Of a DNA stretch of 64,000 nt, positions 35,101-45,572 are shown in pieces. The notes beneath the pieces were generated by a model. The model was not told where the DNA came from and did not search any database. It was given only the letters and a program-made list of their open reading frames with translations. Each line of letters starts with the position of its first letter. Positions within the stretch are counted from its first letter, which is position 1. The stretch covers positions 12,387 to 76,386 of the forward strand of contig CBFHVR010000016.1 of assembly GCA_965659495.1 (NCBI GenBank), read 5' to 3'. This stretch comes from an uncultured bacterium. Lineage in GTDB: Bacteria > Fidelibacterota > Marinisomatia > SCGC-AAA003-L08 > D37C17. The position numbers were made by a program, and so were the translations under genes.

Positions 35101-37697
35101 TGAAATATAGTTCTCAAAAAGTAAGAAATGATTTTATTAACTTTTTTGCTTCTAAAGCTCATAAGTTTGTAAGAAGCTCACCAGTATTTCCTTCAGATGA
35201 TCCCACTTTATTGTTTACTAATGCAGGAATGAATCAGTTTAAAGATATCTTTTTGGATAAAAAAATAAGTGATTTCAAAAGGGCTGTAAATTCTCAGAAA
35301 TGTATAAGAGTTAGCGGTAAGCATAATGATTTAGAAGAAGTAGGTGTTGATTTGTATCATCATACATTTTTTGAGATGTTAGGAAATTGGTCATTTGGGA
35401 ATTATTATAAAAAAGAAGCTATACAATGGTCATGGGAACTTCTAACAAAAGTCTGGAATTTAGATAAAGAAAGACTTTGGGTGACCGTTTATAAAGATGA
35501 TGATGAATCTAAAAAAATATGGGAAGATTTCACTGATATTGATTCTAATAGAATCCTAAAGTTTGGAAATAAAGAAAATTTTTGGGAAATGGGAAGTACT
35601 GGCCCTTGTGGTCCATGTTCAGAAATTCATTATTTTATTGGTGATTTAAACAAACAAGATAAAAAAGGTGTTAATAAAACTGATGAATATAGAGAATTGT
35701 GGAATTTGGTTTTTATGCAATTTAATAGAACGCAAGATGGAAAATTAGTAAACTTGCCTAAAAAACATGTTGATACTGGTTTAGGTTTGGAGAGAATGGT
35801 AGCTACTCTGAATAATTTAGATGATCATTATCAAACTGATTTGTTTTATCCTATAATTGAAAAAATAGTTAAGATCTCAAATAAAAAGTATACTTTTAAA
35901 AATGGAATTCCTCACAGAGTAATTGCAGATCATTTAAGAATGATTTCATTTTCAATATCGGATGGTATTATGCCTTCAAATGAAGGAAGAGGTTATGTTG
36001 TTAGAAGAGTTTTAAGAAGGGCTTCTAGATATGGAAGGGTTCTGGGAATTAACACATCATTTTTATATTTATTATATGATTCGCTTGTTAAAGTTTTAGG
36101 TGATGCTTATCCTGAGTTACTTGATAAAAAAGATTATGTAAAACAAGTTATTAAATCTGAAGAAGAAGCTTTTGGTAAAACACTTGATAGAGGTCTAACA
36201 ATTTTTGAAGAAATTTGTTCCAATATAAATGGAAAAATAATATCTGGAGCAGATGTTTTTAAACTATATGATACCTATGGTTTTCCTGTCGATTTAACAT
36301 ATTTATTAGCTAAAGAAAAAAAAATTGGAATAGATGAAAATAAATTTAATTTATTAATGGATGATCAAAAAATAAAAGCTAGAGAATCTAATAAATTTAA
36401 ATTGGATAATCAGAAAATTGATTGGATCATTTTAAATCAATTAAATAAGCCTTCAAATTTTATTGGATATGATTATTGTAAGTCAGAATCAATAATAACA
36501 AAATATAGAGAAAATAATGGGAATTTTGAAATAGTTCTAGATAAGACTCCTTTTTATGCAGAGTCTGGGGGCCAAATAGGTGATATTGGTATTATAAGTT
36601 GTAAAGATTTTAAGTTTATTGTTTCTGATACATATAAATACGGTGATGATATTTGTCACTTTGGATATTTTGAAAATGGAAACATTAAAAAAAATAAAAA
36701 AATTAATGTAAATGCACAAATTAATAAAAAAAGAAGAGATTCAATTAGATTAAATCATACGGCAACTCACCTTTTACACAAAGCTTTGAAAATTGTTTTA
36801 GGAAAAAATGTACAGCAGGCTGGTTCATTAGTTTCACATGACCATTTAAGATTTGATTTAACGCACTATAAAAAAATAAAAAAAAATGAGATTAACGAAA
36901 TTGAAGATATTGTTAATAAAATAATCTTAGAAAATGTAAATCTTAATGTAGATATTAAAAAATTTAGTGATGCAAAATCAGAAGGTGCTGAAGCTTTGTT
37001 TGGTGAAAAATATGGCGATAATGTAAGAGTTGTTAATGTAAATGGATTTTCAAAAGAATTATGTGGTGGTACTCATGTTAATACCACTTCTGAAATTGGT
37101 TTATTTAAAATTACTTCTGAGAGCTCATTAGCTTCTGGAATAAGAAGAATTGAAGCTGTAACAGGCGAATATGCTTTTTCTTATTTTAGAGATAAGGTTA
37201 ATATTTTATCAGGAATTAAAAATATATTAATGTGTAATGAAGAAGATTTGTTAAAAAAAGTCGAAAATATTTTATTATCAAACAAGAAATACAAGAAAGA
37301 TATTGAAAATCTAAATGTTAAAGAATCAAAGTTAATTATTAAAGATTCAATTAAAAAAAATAAGAAAAGTATTAATAGTATTAATATTTTTTTAGATACT
37401 TTCTGTTTAAATATTAAGCCTAATATTCTTAGTGATTTAATTAGAGACAATCTTAAAAGTAAAGGTATCGGATTGGTGGCTTTAAAAACAAATGATGGAA
37501 ATATTATTATCTGTTCTTTAACAAAAGACTTTAATGATTCTATTAATGCTGGAGATATTATTAGAAAGTTAGCTAAAGAAATAGGTCTAAATGGTGGTGG
37601 TTCTAAATATATGGCAATATTAAAATTAAGTAGTGATTATTCATCAAAGAAAATATTAAAAACTGGATTAAATCTTATAAAAGGAATTATTAAATGA
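35100..37697 (+). CDS. alaS: Alanine--tRNA ligase
   Basis: FTNAGMNQFK, HHTFFEMLGNWSFG, GPCGPCSEIH, the editing-domain HTATHLL motif and CGGTHV. Confidence 0.97.
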   Translation: MKYSSQKVRNDFINFFASKAHKFVRSSPVFPSDDPTLLFTNAGMNQFKDIFLDKKISDFKRAVNSQKCIRVSGKHNDLEEVGVDLYHHTFFEMLGNWSFGNYYKKEAIQWSWELLTKVWNLDKERLWVTVYKDDDESKKIWEDFTDIDSNRILKFGNKENFWEMGSTGPCGPCSEIHYFIGDLNKQDKKGVNKTDEYRELWNLVFMQFNRTQDGKLVNLPKKHVDTGLGLERMVATLNNLDDHYQTDLFYPIIEKIVKISNKKYTFKNGIPHRVIADHLRMISFSISDGIMPSNEGRGYVVRRVLRRASRYGRVLGINTSFLYLLYDSLVKVLGDAYPELLDKKDYVKQVIKSEEEAFGKTLDRGLTIFEEICSNINGKIISGADVFKLYDTYGFPVDLTYLLAKEKKIGIDENKFNLLMDDQKIKARESNKFKLDNQKIDWIILNQLNKPSNFIGYDYCKSESIITKYRENNGNFEIVLDKTPFYAESGGQIGDIGIISCKDFKFIVSDTYKYGDDICHFGYFENGNIKKNKKINVNAQINKKRRDSIRLNHTATHLLHKALKIVLGKNVQQAGSLVSHDHLRFDLTHYKKIKKNEINEIEDIVNKIILENVNLNVDIKKFSDAKSEGAEALFGEKYGDNVRVVNVNGFSKELCGGTHVNTTSEIGLFKITSESSLASGIRRIEAVTGEYAFSYFRDKVNILSGIKNILMCNEEDLLKKVENILLSNKKYKKDIENLNVKESKLIIKDSIKKNKKSINSINIFLDTFCLNIKPNILSDLIRDNLKSKGIGLVALKTNDGNIIICSLTKDFNDSINAGDIIRKLAKEIGLNGGGSKYMAILKLSSDYSSKKILKTGLNLIKGIIK

Positions 37698-39154
37698 TAA
37701 TTGATACACCTCTAATTTTTGAAAAGAGTCAAAAAGGATGCATTGGTTTTAAAATTTCAAAATCGACTGTGCCTGATACGGCATTAAATAAGTTTATACC
37801 AGAAAATATCATTAGTAATAAAGGTTTAAATTTACCGGAGCTTACTGAATTTCAAGTAGTAAGACACTATACAAATTTATCCATTAAGAACCATCATGTT
37901 GATAAGAATTTTTATCCTTTAGGATCTTGTACAATGAAATATAATCCTAAAATTAATGATTCTATTGCTTTGCATCCTGGTTTTTCATTGATTCATCCAA
38001 ATCAATTAGATTCAACTGTTCAAGGAGCTCTAGAAATATATTCTAATTTAGAAAAAGTATTATTGGAGCTTACTGGAATGGGAGCAATAACCCTACAACC
38101 ATCAGCTGGATCCCAAGGCGAAATGGTTGGTCTATTATTAATGAAGAAATATCATGAGGATAAAAAAAATAAAAAGAAATTTGTGATAATTCCTGAAACA
38201 GCGCACGGAACTAATCCTGCTAGTGTAATCATGACTGGATACAATGTAAGGCAGGTTAGGTCAGATTCAAGAGGAAGAGTAGATATTGAACATCTAAAAG
38301 AATTAATTGATGATGAAGTAGCTGGATTAATGTTAACTCAACCAAATACGTTGGGTTTATTTGAAAATAATATTGAACAGATTTCTAAAATGATTCATGA
38401 TGTTGATGGTTTAATGTATATGGATGGTGCTAATCTTAATGCACTTGTCGGTGTTGCTAAGCCAAGATTAATGGGTTTTGATATTATGCATATTAATTTA
38501 CATAAAACTTTTTCTACCCCACACGGTGGTGGTGGACCTGGTTCTGGGCCAGTTGCAGTGAACTCTAAATTAAAAAAATATTTACCATCAGGATTTATAA
38601 ATAAAAACGAGAATAATTATTATATTGATAGTAACGTTGAAACTATAGGTAAAGTACATACGTTTTATGGTAATTTTGGTATATTGGTTAGAGCTTATGT
38701 ATATATTTTAAGCTTAGGTAATATTGGTTTGAAAAATATTGCTTTATTTTCAGTCCTTAATGCTAATTATTTAAAGTTTTTATTAAGCACTAATTATGAA
38801 GTTCCTTTTTCTGATGGAACATTACATGAGTTTGTTATTTCAGCTGTAAGACAAAAAGATAAAGGTATTAAAGCTCTTGATATAGGCAAATCTTTACTAG
38901 ATTTTGGATTTCATGCACCAACAGTCTATTTCCCAACAAATATAAAAGAATCAATTATGATTGAACCTACAGAGACAGAAGATAAAAAAACTCTTGAAGA
39001 TTTTGCAAATGCTATGATCAGTATAGATGAAAAAATTGATTCTGATTCTGATTATTTATTAAGTAGTCCTTATAATACTCCAGTAAGGAGATTAAATGAG
39101 GCTAAAGCAAATAGAGAATTAGATATAAATTATTATGAAATACAAAATAAATAA
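37694..39154 (+). CDS. gcvPB: Glycine dehydrogenase (decarboxylating) subunit 2
   Basis: LGSCTMKYNP and NLHKTFSTPHGGGGPG (PLP-Lys region). 486 aa. Confidence 0.93.
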   Translation: MIIDTPLIFEKSQKGCIGFKISKSTVPDTALNKFIPENIISNKGLNLPELTEFQVVRHYTNLSIKNHHVDKNFYPLGSCTMKYNPKINDSIALHPGFSLIHPNQLDSTVQGALEIYSNLEKVLLELTGMGAITLQPSAGSQGEMVGLLLMKKYHEDKKNKKKFVIIPETAHGTNPASVIMTGYNVRQVRSDSRGRVDIEHLKELIDDEVAGLMLTQPNTLGLFENNIEQISKMIHDVDGLMYMDGANLNALVGVAKPRLMGFDIMHINLHKTFSTPHGGGGPGSGPVAVNSKLKKYLPSGFINKNENNYYIDSNVETIGKVHTFYGNFGILVRAYVYILSLGNIGLKNIALFSVLNANYLKFLLSTNYEVPFSDGTLHEFVISAVRQKDKGIKALDIGKSLLDFGFHAPTVYFPTNIKESIMIEPTETEDKKTLEDFANAMISIDEKIDSDSDYLLSSPYNTPVRRLNEAKANRELDINYYEIQNK

Positions 39155-39563
39155 TGATAGATTATTTATAAGTTTGCAAACAGGTGATGAACTTGTAACA
39201 TCTATAACGGACGTTTTAATAAAAGAAAAAATTAATTCAGGTATAATCAATGGTATTGGTGCTATCAATAAAGTTGAGCTTGGTTTTTATAATTTAGAAT
39301 TAAAAGAATATAATAAAAAGCTATTCAGTAAAGACTATGAGTTGACATCATTAATGGGAAATATAACTTTAAAAGATGATAATCCATTCATTCATGTTCA
39401 TATAAATATATCAGATGATAATTTTAATGTTTTTGGAGGACATCTTTTTAGTGCTTTTACAGCTGCAAGTGCTGAGATTATAATTTTATTAAATGATGAA
39501 AATATTAGAAGAGAACTTGATAAGGATGTTGGTCTTTCCCTTTGGGAGTTTAGTTGTGAGTAA
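39135..39563 (+). CDS. PPC (DUF296) domain protein
   Basis: 142 aa. The pattern ...GIINGIGAINKVELGFYN...GNITL..D.PFIHVHINISD...GGHL is typical of the PCC/DUF296 fold. Confidence 0.65.
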   Translation: MKYKINNDRLFISLQTGDELVTSITDVLIKEKINSGIINGIGAINKVELGFYNLELKEYNKKLFSKDYELTSLMGNITLKDDNPFIHVHINISDDNFNVFGGHLFSAFTAASAEIIILLNDENIRRELDKDVGLSLWEFSCE

Positions 39564-39942
39564 AACTATAATATCAACAACTAATTCACCAGAGGCTATT
39601 GGTCCTTATTCACAAGCAGTAAATATTAAAGGTGGATTAACATTCACTTCAGGACAAATACCGCTTAATAAATCAGGAATTATAATTTCTAATGATTTTG
39701 AAGAACAGGTTTCTCAAGTTCTTAAAAATATTCAAGGCATTTTAAATGAGAGAAATAGAGATATCTCAGATATTATAAAATTAACAGTTTTTATTATTGA
39801 TTTATCAAATTTTAAAATTTTAAATAAAATTTTTGAAGATTTTTTTAAGGGTCATGATTTTCCATCTCGATCTGTAGTTGAAGTAAGTAAACTACCAAAA
39901 AATTCTCAAGTTGAAATAGAGGCTATATTCTCAGATGATTAA
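39556..39942 (+). CDS. ridA: RidA/YjgF family reactive-intermediate deaminase
   Basis: VSKTIISTTNSPEAIGPYSQAV...FTSGQIP...PSRSVVEVSKLPKNSQVEIEAI. A GTG start at 39556 gives the canonical length of about 128 aa. The tracked ATG at 39493 lies deep inside the upstream gene. Confidence 0.85.
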   Translation: MSKTIISTTNSPEAIGPYSQAVNIKGGLTFTSGQIPLNKSGIIISNDFEEQVSQVLKNIQGILNERNRDISDIIKLTVFIIDLSNFKILNKIFEDFFKGHDFPSRSVVEVSKLPKNSQVEIEAIFSDD

Positions 39943-40303
39943 GTTTATTTTAATTATATCTATAGGTTTCATCTTTGGAGATAGTCCTATAAAAAGCGAT
40001 TCAACAAAAAAAATAATTAATCATGATTGGAAGTTAAATGTTCTTTCTCTTGGAAAAGGTATGATACCAATTGGTCAATTTGAAAATAATAAACCATTAA
40101 AAGCTATTGCACTTATGAGTATTAAATTTTATTGGCTGCAAGAATTCCAAATTGCAAAGGATATTAGTAATATTTCTGATAGGAATAGAAGTTTTTGGTG
40201 GCTTCTAATGTTGAATTTATATGGAGTTATTGATTCATATGTTGATCATCATTTGAAAGATTTTCCAAATAATAATAAAAAAGAAAAAAAGGAAGAAAAT
40301 TAA
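39935..40303 (+). CDS. Hypothetical small membrane/secreted protein (DUF5683-like?)
   Basis: 122 aa with a signal-like N-terminus and a Lys/Glu-rich tail. Weak family guess. Confidence 0.4.
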   Translation: MIKFILIISIGFIFGDSPIKSDSTKKIINHDWKLNVLSLGKGMIPIGQFENNKPLKAIALMSIKFYWLQEFQIAKDISNISDRNRSFWWLLMLNLYGVIDSYVDHHLKDFPNNNKKEKKEEN

Positions 40304-40305
40304 TT

Positions 40306-41751
40306 ATGTGTGCAATTGTTGGTGTCCATACAGATAAACCAAATGCTTGTTTAACTTTATACAATGCAATGACTGTTTTACAGCATAGGGGTCAAGATGC
40401 TGCAGGAATGGCTGTATTTAACGATAAAGGTAAGTTAAATATTTATAAAAATAATGGATTAGTCAGAGATGTATTTTCTGAAAATGAAATGATGAAATTA
40501 AAAGGTTCTGTTGGCCTGGGTCATACTCGTTACCCAACGGCTGGTTCATATAACTTTGAAGAAGCGCAACCTTTTTATGTTAATTCTCCATATGGTTTAG
40601 TACTTGTTCATAATGGTAATTTAGTAAATGCAGAGAAGTTAAGAAACGAATTATTTGAAAAGGATTTAAGACATATTAATACTAATTCTGATTCTGAAGT
40701 CTTACTAAATATATTTGCCAATGCTCTTCAGGATAGAAAACAAGTTTCATTAACAAAAAAAGATATTTTTAAAGCTGTAGATGAAGTACATAGTAGAGTT
40801 AAAGGAGCATATTCAGTAATTATTATGATATCAGGGTATGGTATGGTTGCTTTTAGAGATCCAAATGGTATAAGACCGTTGATTTTTGGTAAAAAAGATA
40901 ATTCTAAATATATGTTTTCATCAGAAAGTGTTGCATTAGATTGCTTAGGGTATCATATAGAAAGAGATGTTAATCCTGGTGAAACTATTTATATAAATAA
41001 AAAAGGTGATTTGTTTAGCCATAATTACAAAAAGAAAATAAATCATACTCCATGCATTTTTGAATATGTATATCTTGCAAGACCTGATAGCACAATAGAT
41101 AAAATCAATGTTTATAATTCTAGATTAAAAATGGGTGTTATGCTTGCAAAAAAAATAAAAAAAGAATTATCCAGTAAAGAATTAAACGATATAGATGTGG
41201 TTATTCCTATACCAGATACAAGTAGAACAAGTGCTTTACCTCTTAGTATTGAGCTTGATAAAAAACTAAGAGAAGGCTTTGTGAAAAATAGATATATTGG
41301 AAGAACTTTTATTATGCCTGGACAAAAGATTAGAAAAAAGTCAGTTAAACAAAAGCTTAATACAATTATAAAAGTTTTTAAAAATAAAAATGTATTATTA
41401 ATTGATGATTCTATTGTTAGGGGAACAACTAGTAAACAAATAATACAAATGGCAAGAGATGCTGGAGCTAAAAAAGTTTATTTTGCAAGTGCATCACCTC
41501 CAATTAGATTTCCAAATGTTTATGGTATTGATATGCCTTTTGTTGAAGAATTAATTGCATATAATAAAACAGTAGAAGAAATATCTAATGCTATAAATGC
41601 AGATAAACTTATATATCAAAACTTGGAAGATTTAGTTAGTTCTGTTTCTAATAATGATATTGATTCATTTGATACATCCTGTTTTAATGGAGAATATATT
41701 ACTAAAGGTGTAGATAGTAAGTATTTAAAAAACTTGTATAAAACGAGATAA
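40306..41751 (+). CDS. purF: Amidophosphoribosyltransferase
   Basis: MCAIVGV N-terminal nucleophile Cys, HRGQDAAG, HTRYPTAG, and the PRTase motif LLIDDSIVRGTT. Confidence 0.95.
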   Translation: MCAIVGVHTDKPNACLTLYNAMTVLQHRGQDAAGMAVFNDKGKLNIYKNNGLVRDVFSENEMMKLKGSVGLGHTRYPTAGSYNFEEAQPFYVNSPYGLVLVHNGNLVNAEKLRNELFEKDLRHINTNSDSEVLLNIFANALQDRKQVSLTKKDIFKAVDEVHSRVKGAYSVIIMISGYGMVAFRDPNGIRPLIFGKKDNSKYMFSSESVALDCLGYHIERDVNPGETIYINKKGDLFSHNYKKKINHTPCIFEYVYLARPDSTIDKINVYNSRLKMGVMLAKKIKKELSSKELNDIDVVIPIPDTSRTSALPLSIELDKKLREGFVKNRYIGRTFIMPGQKIRKKSVKQKLNTIIKVFKNKNVLLIDDSIVRGTTSKQIIQMARDAGAKKVYFASASPPIRFPNVYGIDMPFVEELIAYNKTVEEISNAINADKLIYQNLEDLVSSVSNNDIDSFDTSCFNGEYITKGVDSKYLKNLYKTR

Positions 41752-42698
41752 TGGTTAAAAAATTTTTTAGAGATCATTCTGTACATAAAAAAATTGCTCC
41801 TTTTTTTGATGAGTTATTTTTTTTAAATCCAATGAATTATTATTTTTCTTGGCTAATGATTTGTACTGGTATTTATTTGAATCTATTTTTATCTGATTTA
41901 TCTCCTCAGTTTTTATTTTCATTTAATAGTGGCTATGTATTTTTGTTTGTTGGTCTATCTTTTTTATTAAGTAGTATCTATATTAATAAAGAGATAACAA
42001 AAAGTAGCAGTAGAAATAAAACTTTTAATTTTATAAAAGAAAAATATTCTATTACCAAAATTATTATTTTTTTAAGATTGTTGAGTATTGTAGGTGTTAT
42101 AATTTTATTTTTTGCTTCCTGGATTAATGCACTTATTGGACTTTTATTGGGTTTATTGGGTTTGGTTATAAATCAGTTATTTAAAAATAAAATCGTTTAT
42201 TATTTTATCGAATCTATTATCTTATTTTTTAGCGGTTGGTATTACACATGCTTCGTAAATACCAGTAGGAGTATCATTGTTTATGATTTATTATTTATTT
42301 TTCCATATTTTATACTTTGTTATTGTATATATATATCAAAATTAAAATCAGATAATTTTAAAAATAATGGTATAGAAATTAATAAATATGATTTTAAATT
42401 ATTATTATCTTTAATTTTAATATTACTTTGCTTCTTTATGGGCGTATCAAATAACGACCCACTACTCTCAATAATTTCTATAACATCAGCTGGTTTTTAT
42501 TTTTATTCTGTTCTGCGTGCACAACAAAAAGATATTATTAGATCTTTTGTATATCCTCTTGCGTTATTTAATATTTTTCTAATGACAATATTCCCCTATT
42601 TATTTATTTTTCATTACATTCTTTTTTATATTAGTAAATATTATTATTGGCATCGATTTAATATTCATTATCCTACATTTTTAGTAGATAATGAATAG
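41751..42698 (+). CDS. Hypothetical polytopic membrane protein
   Basis: 315 aa with roughly 8-9 hydrophobic helices and no recognised motif. Confidence 0.5.
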   Translation: MVKKFFRDHSVHKKIAPFFDELFFLNPMNYYFSWLMICTGIYLNLFLSDLSPQFLFSFNSGYVFLFVGLSFLLSSIYINKEITKSSSRNKTFNFIKEKYSITKIIIFLRLLSIVGVIILFFASWINALIGLLLGLLGLVINQLFKNKIVYYFIESIILFFSGWYYTCFVNTSRSIIVYDLLFIFPYFILCYCIYISKLKSDNFKNNGIEINKYDFKLLLSLILILLCFFMGVSNNDPLLSIISITSAGFYFYSVLRAQQKDIIRSFVYPLALFNIFLMTIFPYLFIFHYILFYISKYYYWHRFNIHYPTFLVDNE

Positions 42699-42773
42699 TA
42701 AAATTTAATTTAATTAAAAATTAGTTGAATATTTAAATTATGTTAATATTTTTAAATTTTAAAGGCTATTATA

Positions 42774-45527
42774 TTGGATCTTAAACAAATTTATTTAGAT
42801 AGTTTTGTATCTATTGATTTAGAAACTACAGGTTTAAATTATAAAACAGATAAAATCATCGAAATATCAGCGGTAAAGTATGAATCAGGTAAAGTCGTTG
42901 GTTCTTTTTCCAAATTAGTCAATCCAAATAAGCTTATATCACCTTTTATTACAAACCTGACAGGTATTAAAAATTCAGATGTAGAGAATAAAAAAAGTTT
43001 TTTAAATATATCAGAAGATTTTATTAGTTTCATTAAAGATTTACCAATAATTGGACATAATATTCAATTTGATTTAAAATTTATCGATAATGCTTTGGAA
43101 AATTCATATGATATTTTTAGTCATTCATATGTTTGTGATACATACTTTCTTTCTAAGATTTTCCTTTATTATTCTAATTCATTTAAATTAGAATCACTGT
43201 GCAATGATTTTGGTATTAATACAGGAAGTTCACATAGAGCAGAAGATGATGCTAAAAGTGCTGGTGATTTATTTGTAGTTTTACTTGAAAAAATAAATAA
43301 TTATGATTTAAATACTATTAATGAAATTTATAAGTGTTATAAAGATAGTATGACAATTAATAAGGATCTTTTTTTCCATATTATAAACTATAAAATATCA
43401 GAAAATAAAAAACCTCTTAATATGGATTTATCTCAAAATCTACATAATGAAAATTTATTTGAATATTTTAGTAAAACAAACAAAAGCTTAAATTTTGAAG
43501 AAATTTATTTAGACAAAGGTTTATTAGATACTAAAATTAAAAATTATGAATTTAGACCTTCTCAGTACGAATTTTCAAAAGATGTTTTGAAATCTTTCGG
43601 TAGTAGTTCAATATTTATTGCAGAAGCAGAGACTGGTTTAGGAAAGAGCTATGGATACCTTGTTCCCGCAATGCTTAATTCATTTGATAATAAAATATTA
43701 ATTTCTACTAGTACTCATAACCTACAAGAGCAATTATTTAATAAAGATATACCTTCTTTATCTGAAGCTTTAGATATATCAATTAAAGCAAGTATAGTTA
43801 AGGGAATGAAAAATTATATATGTGTGAAAAGATTTAAAAATTTATTTGATAATTTGGATTTATTAAATGATAAAGATATTTATGAGCTATTATCATTATC
43901 TGTATGGATAAAAAATACAAAAACAGGGGATGTAAGCGAGTGTAATAGTTTCCCGATAGATAGATTGTATTATTTGTGGGATATGATTAATTATGATTAT
44001 CAATTTTGTAGCTTTCATAGTAATGATAATACTGATTGCTTTTATAATAAACTAAAAAAAGAAATACCAAAATCAAATTTATTAGTTATTAATCATTCAT
44101 TGCTTGCAACTATTTACAATAAAGAGGAGTCTGTCTTTGATGATTTTAATTTGTGTGTAATTGATGAGGCTCATAAGGTATCTGAAAATTGTAGAATGCA
44201 TTTAAAACAATTTATAAGTTTAAAATCTATAACTGGTTTGTTTGAATCTTCTATTTATTTATTTGAAAAAATAATTTCGTATAATACTGATCATGATATA
44301 TATAATCAGCTTGTTAATATTAAATCTAAAATTGAGTTAGATTTTAATCATTTTACTAGTACCTTTAGAGAAGTAACAAATGAATTTGGATATTCAAATT
44401 TACTATCTAAAATGAATTTTAATGGACAACATGATATAAGGTTTAAAATTGATGAGGTAAACAGAATTGAGTTTAGTGACTTTATTGATTTTTTTTCAAT
44501 TATATTAGAAGATTTAAAAATATTTATAGAATCAGTCAATAGTTCTAAGTCTTTTAAAATAAATAAGGCTAATAAGCTAGATTTATCATTAAAGTTTAAT
44601 AAATTTCAAGAACTAGATAAGTCAATGAATAAAATTTTTATTAAATCAAGTAATCAAGTAAAATGGATCTCAGCATTTATTAATAATAAAAAAATATCTT
44701 CGCTGTCTTTTAACTCTGTACCTTTAGTAGTTGAGCAAGTTTTTGATTTCTTTTATAAAAAATTTGATTCTATGATATTAACTTCAGCTACATTGACAGT
44801 TGATGATTCTTTTGATTACATTCTAAATGAACTTGGAATAAATGATTTTTCAATTGATAAATCAATAAACACAAAAAAATTTACATCTCCTTTTTTTTTA
44901 AAAGATCAAATTAAATTATTTGTTAATAATTCAAGTCTAGTAATTGATAGTGACAGCTTTATAAATGATATAAAAAATATTATTTTAGATTTAAGGAATC
45001 ATGTTCCAAAGAGAATGTTAGTTTTATGTACTTCTTATAAACAAATAATAAATTTTAAAAATATATTATCAAATTTCGATAATATATACTATCAAGATAA
45101 AACTACTTCAAAAGATATTTTAATTAAGAATTATTTATCTAATAATAATTCAATTTTATTTGGTACTTCCTCATTTTGGGAAGGTGTTGACTTGCCCAAT
45201 GATAAGTTGGAAATTTTAATTATTTTAAAAGTACCTTTTTCAAATCCTTATAATCCGATTGTCGAAGCTAAAATAGAAAAGTTTAGAAGCAATAATGTTG
45301 ATCCCTTTATTAATTTTCAGCTATCTGAAGCAATATTAAAATTAAAACAAGGTTTTGGAAGACTTATAAGGCACCAGAATGATATAGGTGTATGCATAAT
45401 TGCTGATCCAAGAATATTAAATAAATCATACGGTCAAATAGTTTTAGATTCACTGCCTGTTGATTATATTAGTTATAATAGTTCAAGTATTATTATAAAT
45501 GAAATAGATAAATTTTTAGGAAAATGA
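42774..45527 (+). CDS. dinG: DinG-family ATP-dependent helicase with N-terminal DnaQ-like 3'-5' exonuclease domain
   Basis: TTG start. Exo motifs VSIDLETTGL, GHNIQFDLKF, HRAEDDA. Helicase motifs AETGLGKS, VIDEAHK (DEAH), SATL, and TSSFWEGVD...QGFGRLIR. Confidence 0.85.
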   Translation: MDLKQIYLDSFVSIDLETTGLNYKTDKIIEISAVKYESGKVVGSFSKLVNPNKLISPFITNLTGIKNSDVENKKSFLNISEDFISFIKDLPIIGHNIQFDLKFIDNALENSYDIFSHSYVCDTYFLSKIFLYYSNSFKLESLCNDFGINTGSSHRAEDDAKSAGDLFVVLLEKINNYDLNTINEIYKCYKDSMTINKDLFFHIINYKISENKKPLNMDLSQNLHNENLFEYFSKTNKSLNFEEIYLDKGLLDTKIKNYEFRPSQYEFSKDVLKSFGSSSIFIAEAETGLGKSYGYLVPAMLNSFDNKILISTSTHNLQEQLFNKDIPSLSEALDISIKASIVKGMKNYICVKRFKNLFDNLDLLNDKDIYELLSLSVWIKNTKTGDVSECNSFPIDRLYYLWDMINYDYQFCSFHSNDNTDCFYNKLKKEIPKSNLLVINHSLLATIYNKEESVFDDFNLCVIDEAHKVSENCRMHLKQFISLKSITGLFESSIYLFEKIISYNTDHDIYNQLVNIKSKIELDFNHFTSTFREVTNEFGYSNLLSKMNFNGQHDIRFKIDEVNRIEFSDFIDFFSIILEDLKIFIESVNSSKSFKINKANKLDLSLKFNKFQELDKSMNKIFIKSSNQVKWISAFINNKKISSLSFNSVPLVVEQVFDFFYKKFDSMILTSATLTVDDSFDYILNELGINDFSIDKSINTKKFTSPFFLKDQIKLFVNNSSLVIDSDSFINDIKNIILDLRNHVPKRMLVLCTSYKQIINFKNILSNFDNIYYQDKTTSKDILIKNYLSNNNSILFGTSSFWEGVDLPNDKLEILIILKVPFSNPYNPIVEAKIEKFRSNNVDPFINFQLSEAILKLKQGFGRLIRHQNDIGVCIIADPRILNKSYGQIVLDSLPVDYISYNSSSIIINEIDKFLGK

Positions 45528-45572
45528 ATAAATATTTTAATAACTTATAAAAATAATTAAGAAAAGATAACT

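Noticed and set aside
39493-39555. Tracked ATG start for ridA, 70 nt inside the PPC-domain gene
   Set aside because: The extension MMKILEENLIRMLVFPFGSLV is not part of the RidA fold. GTG 39556 yields the canonical protein of about 128 aa, with an 8-nt overlap.
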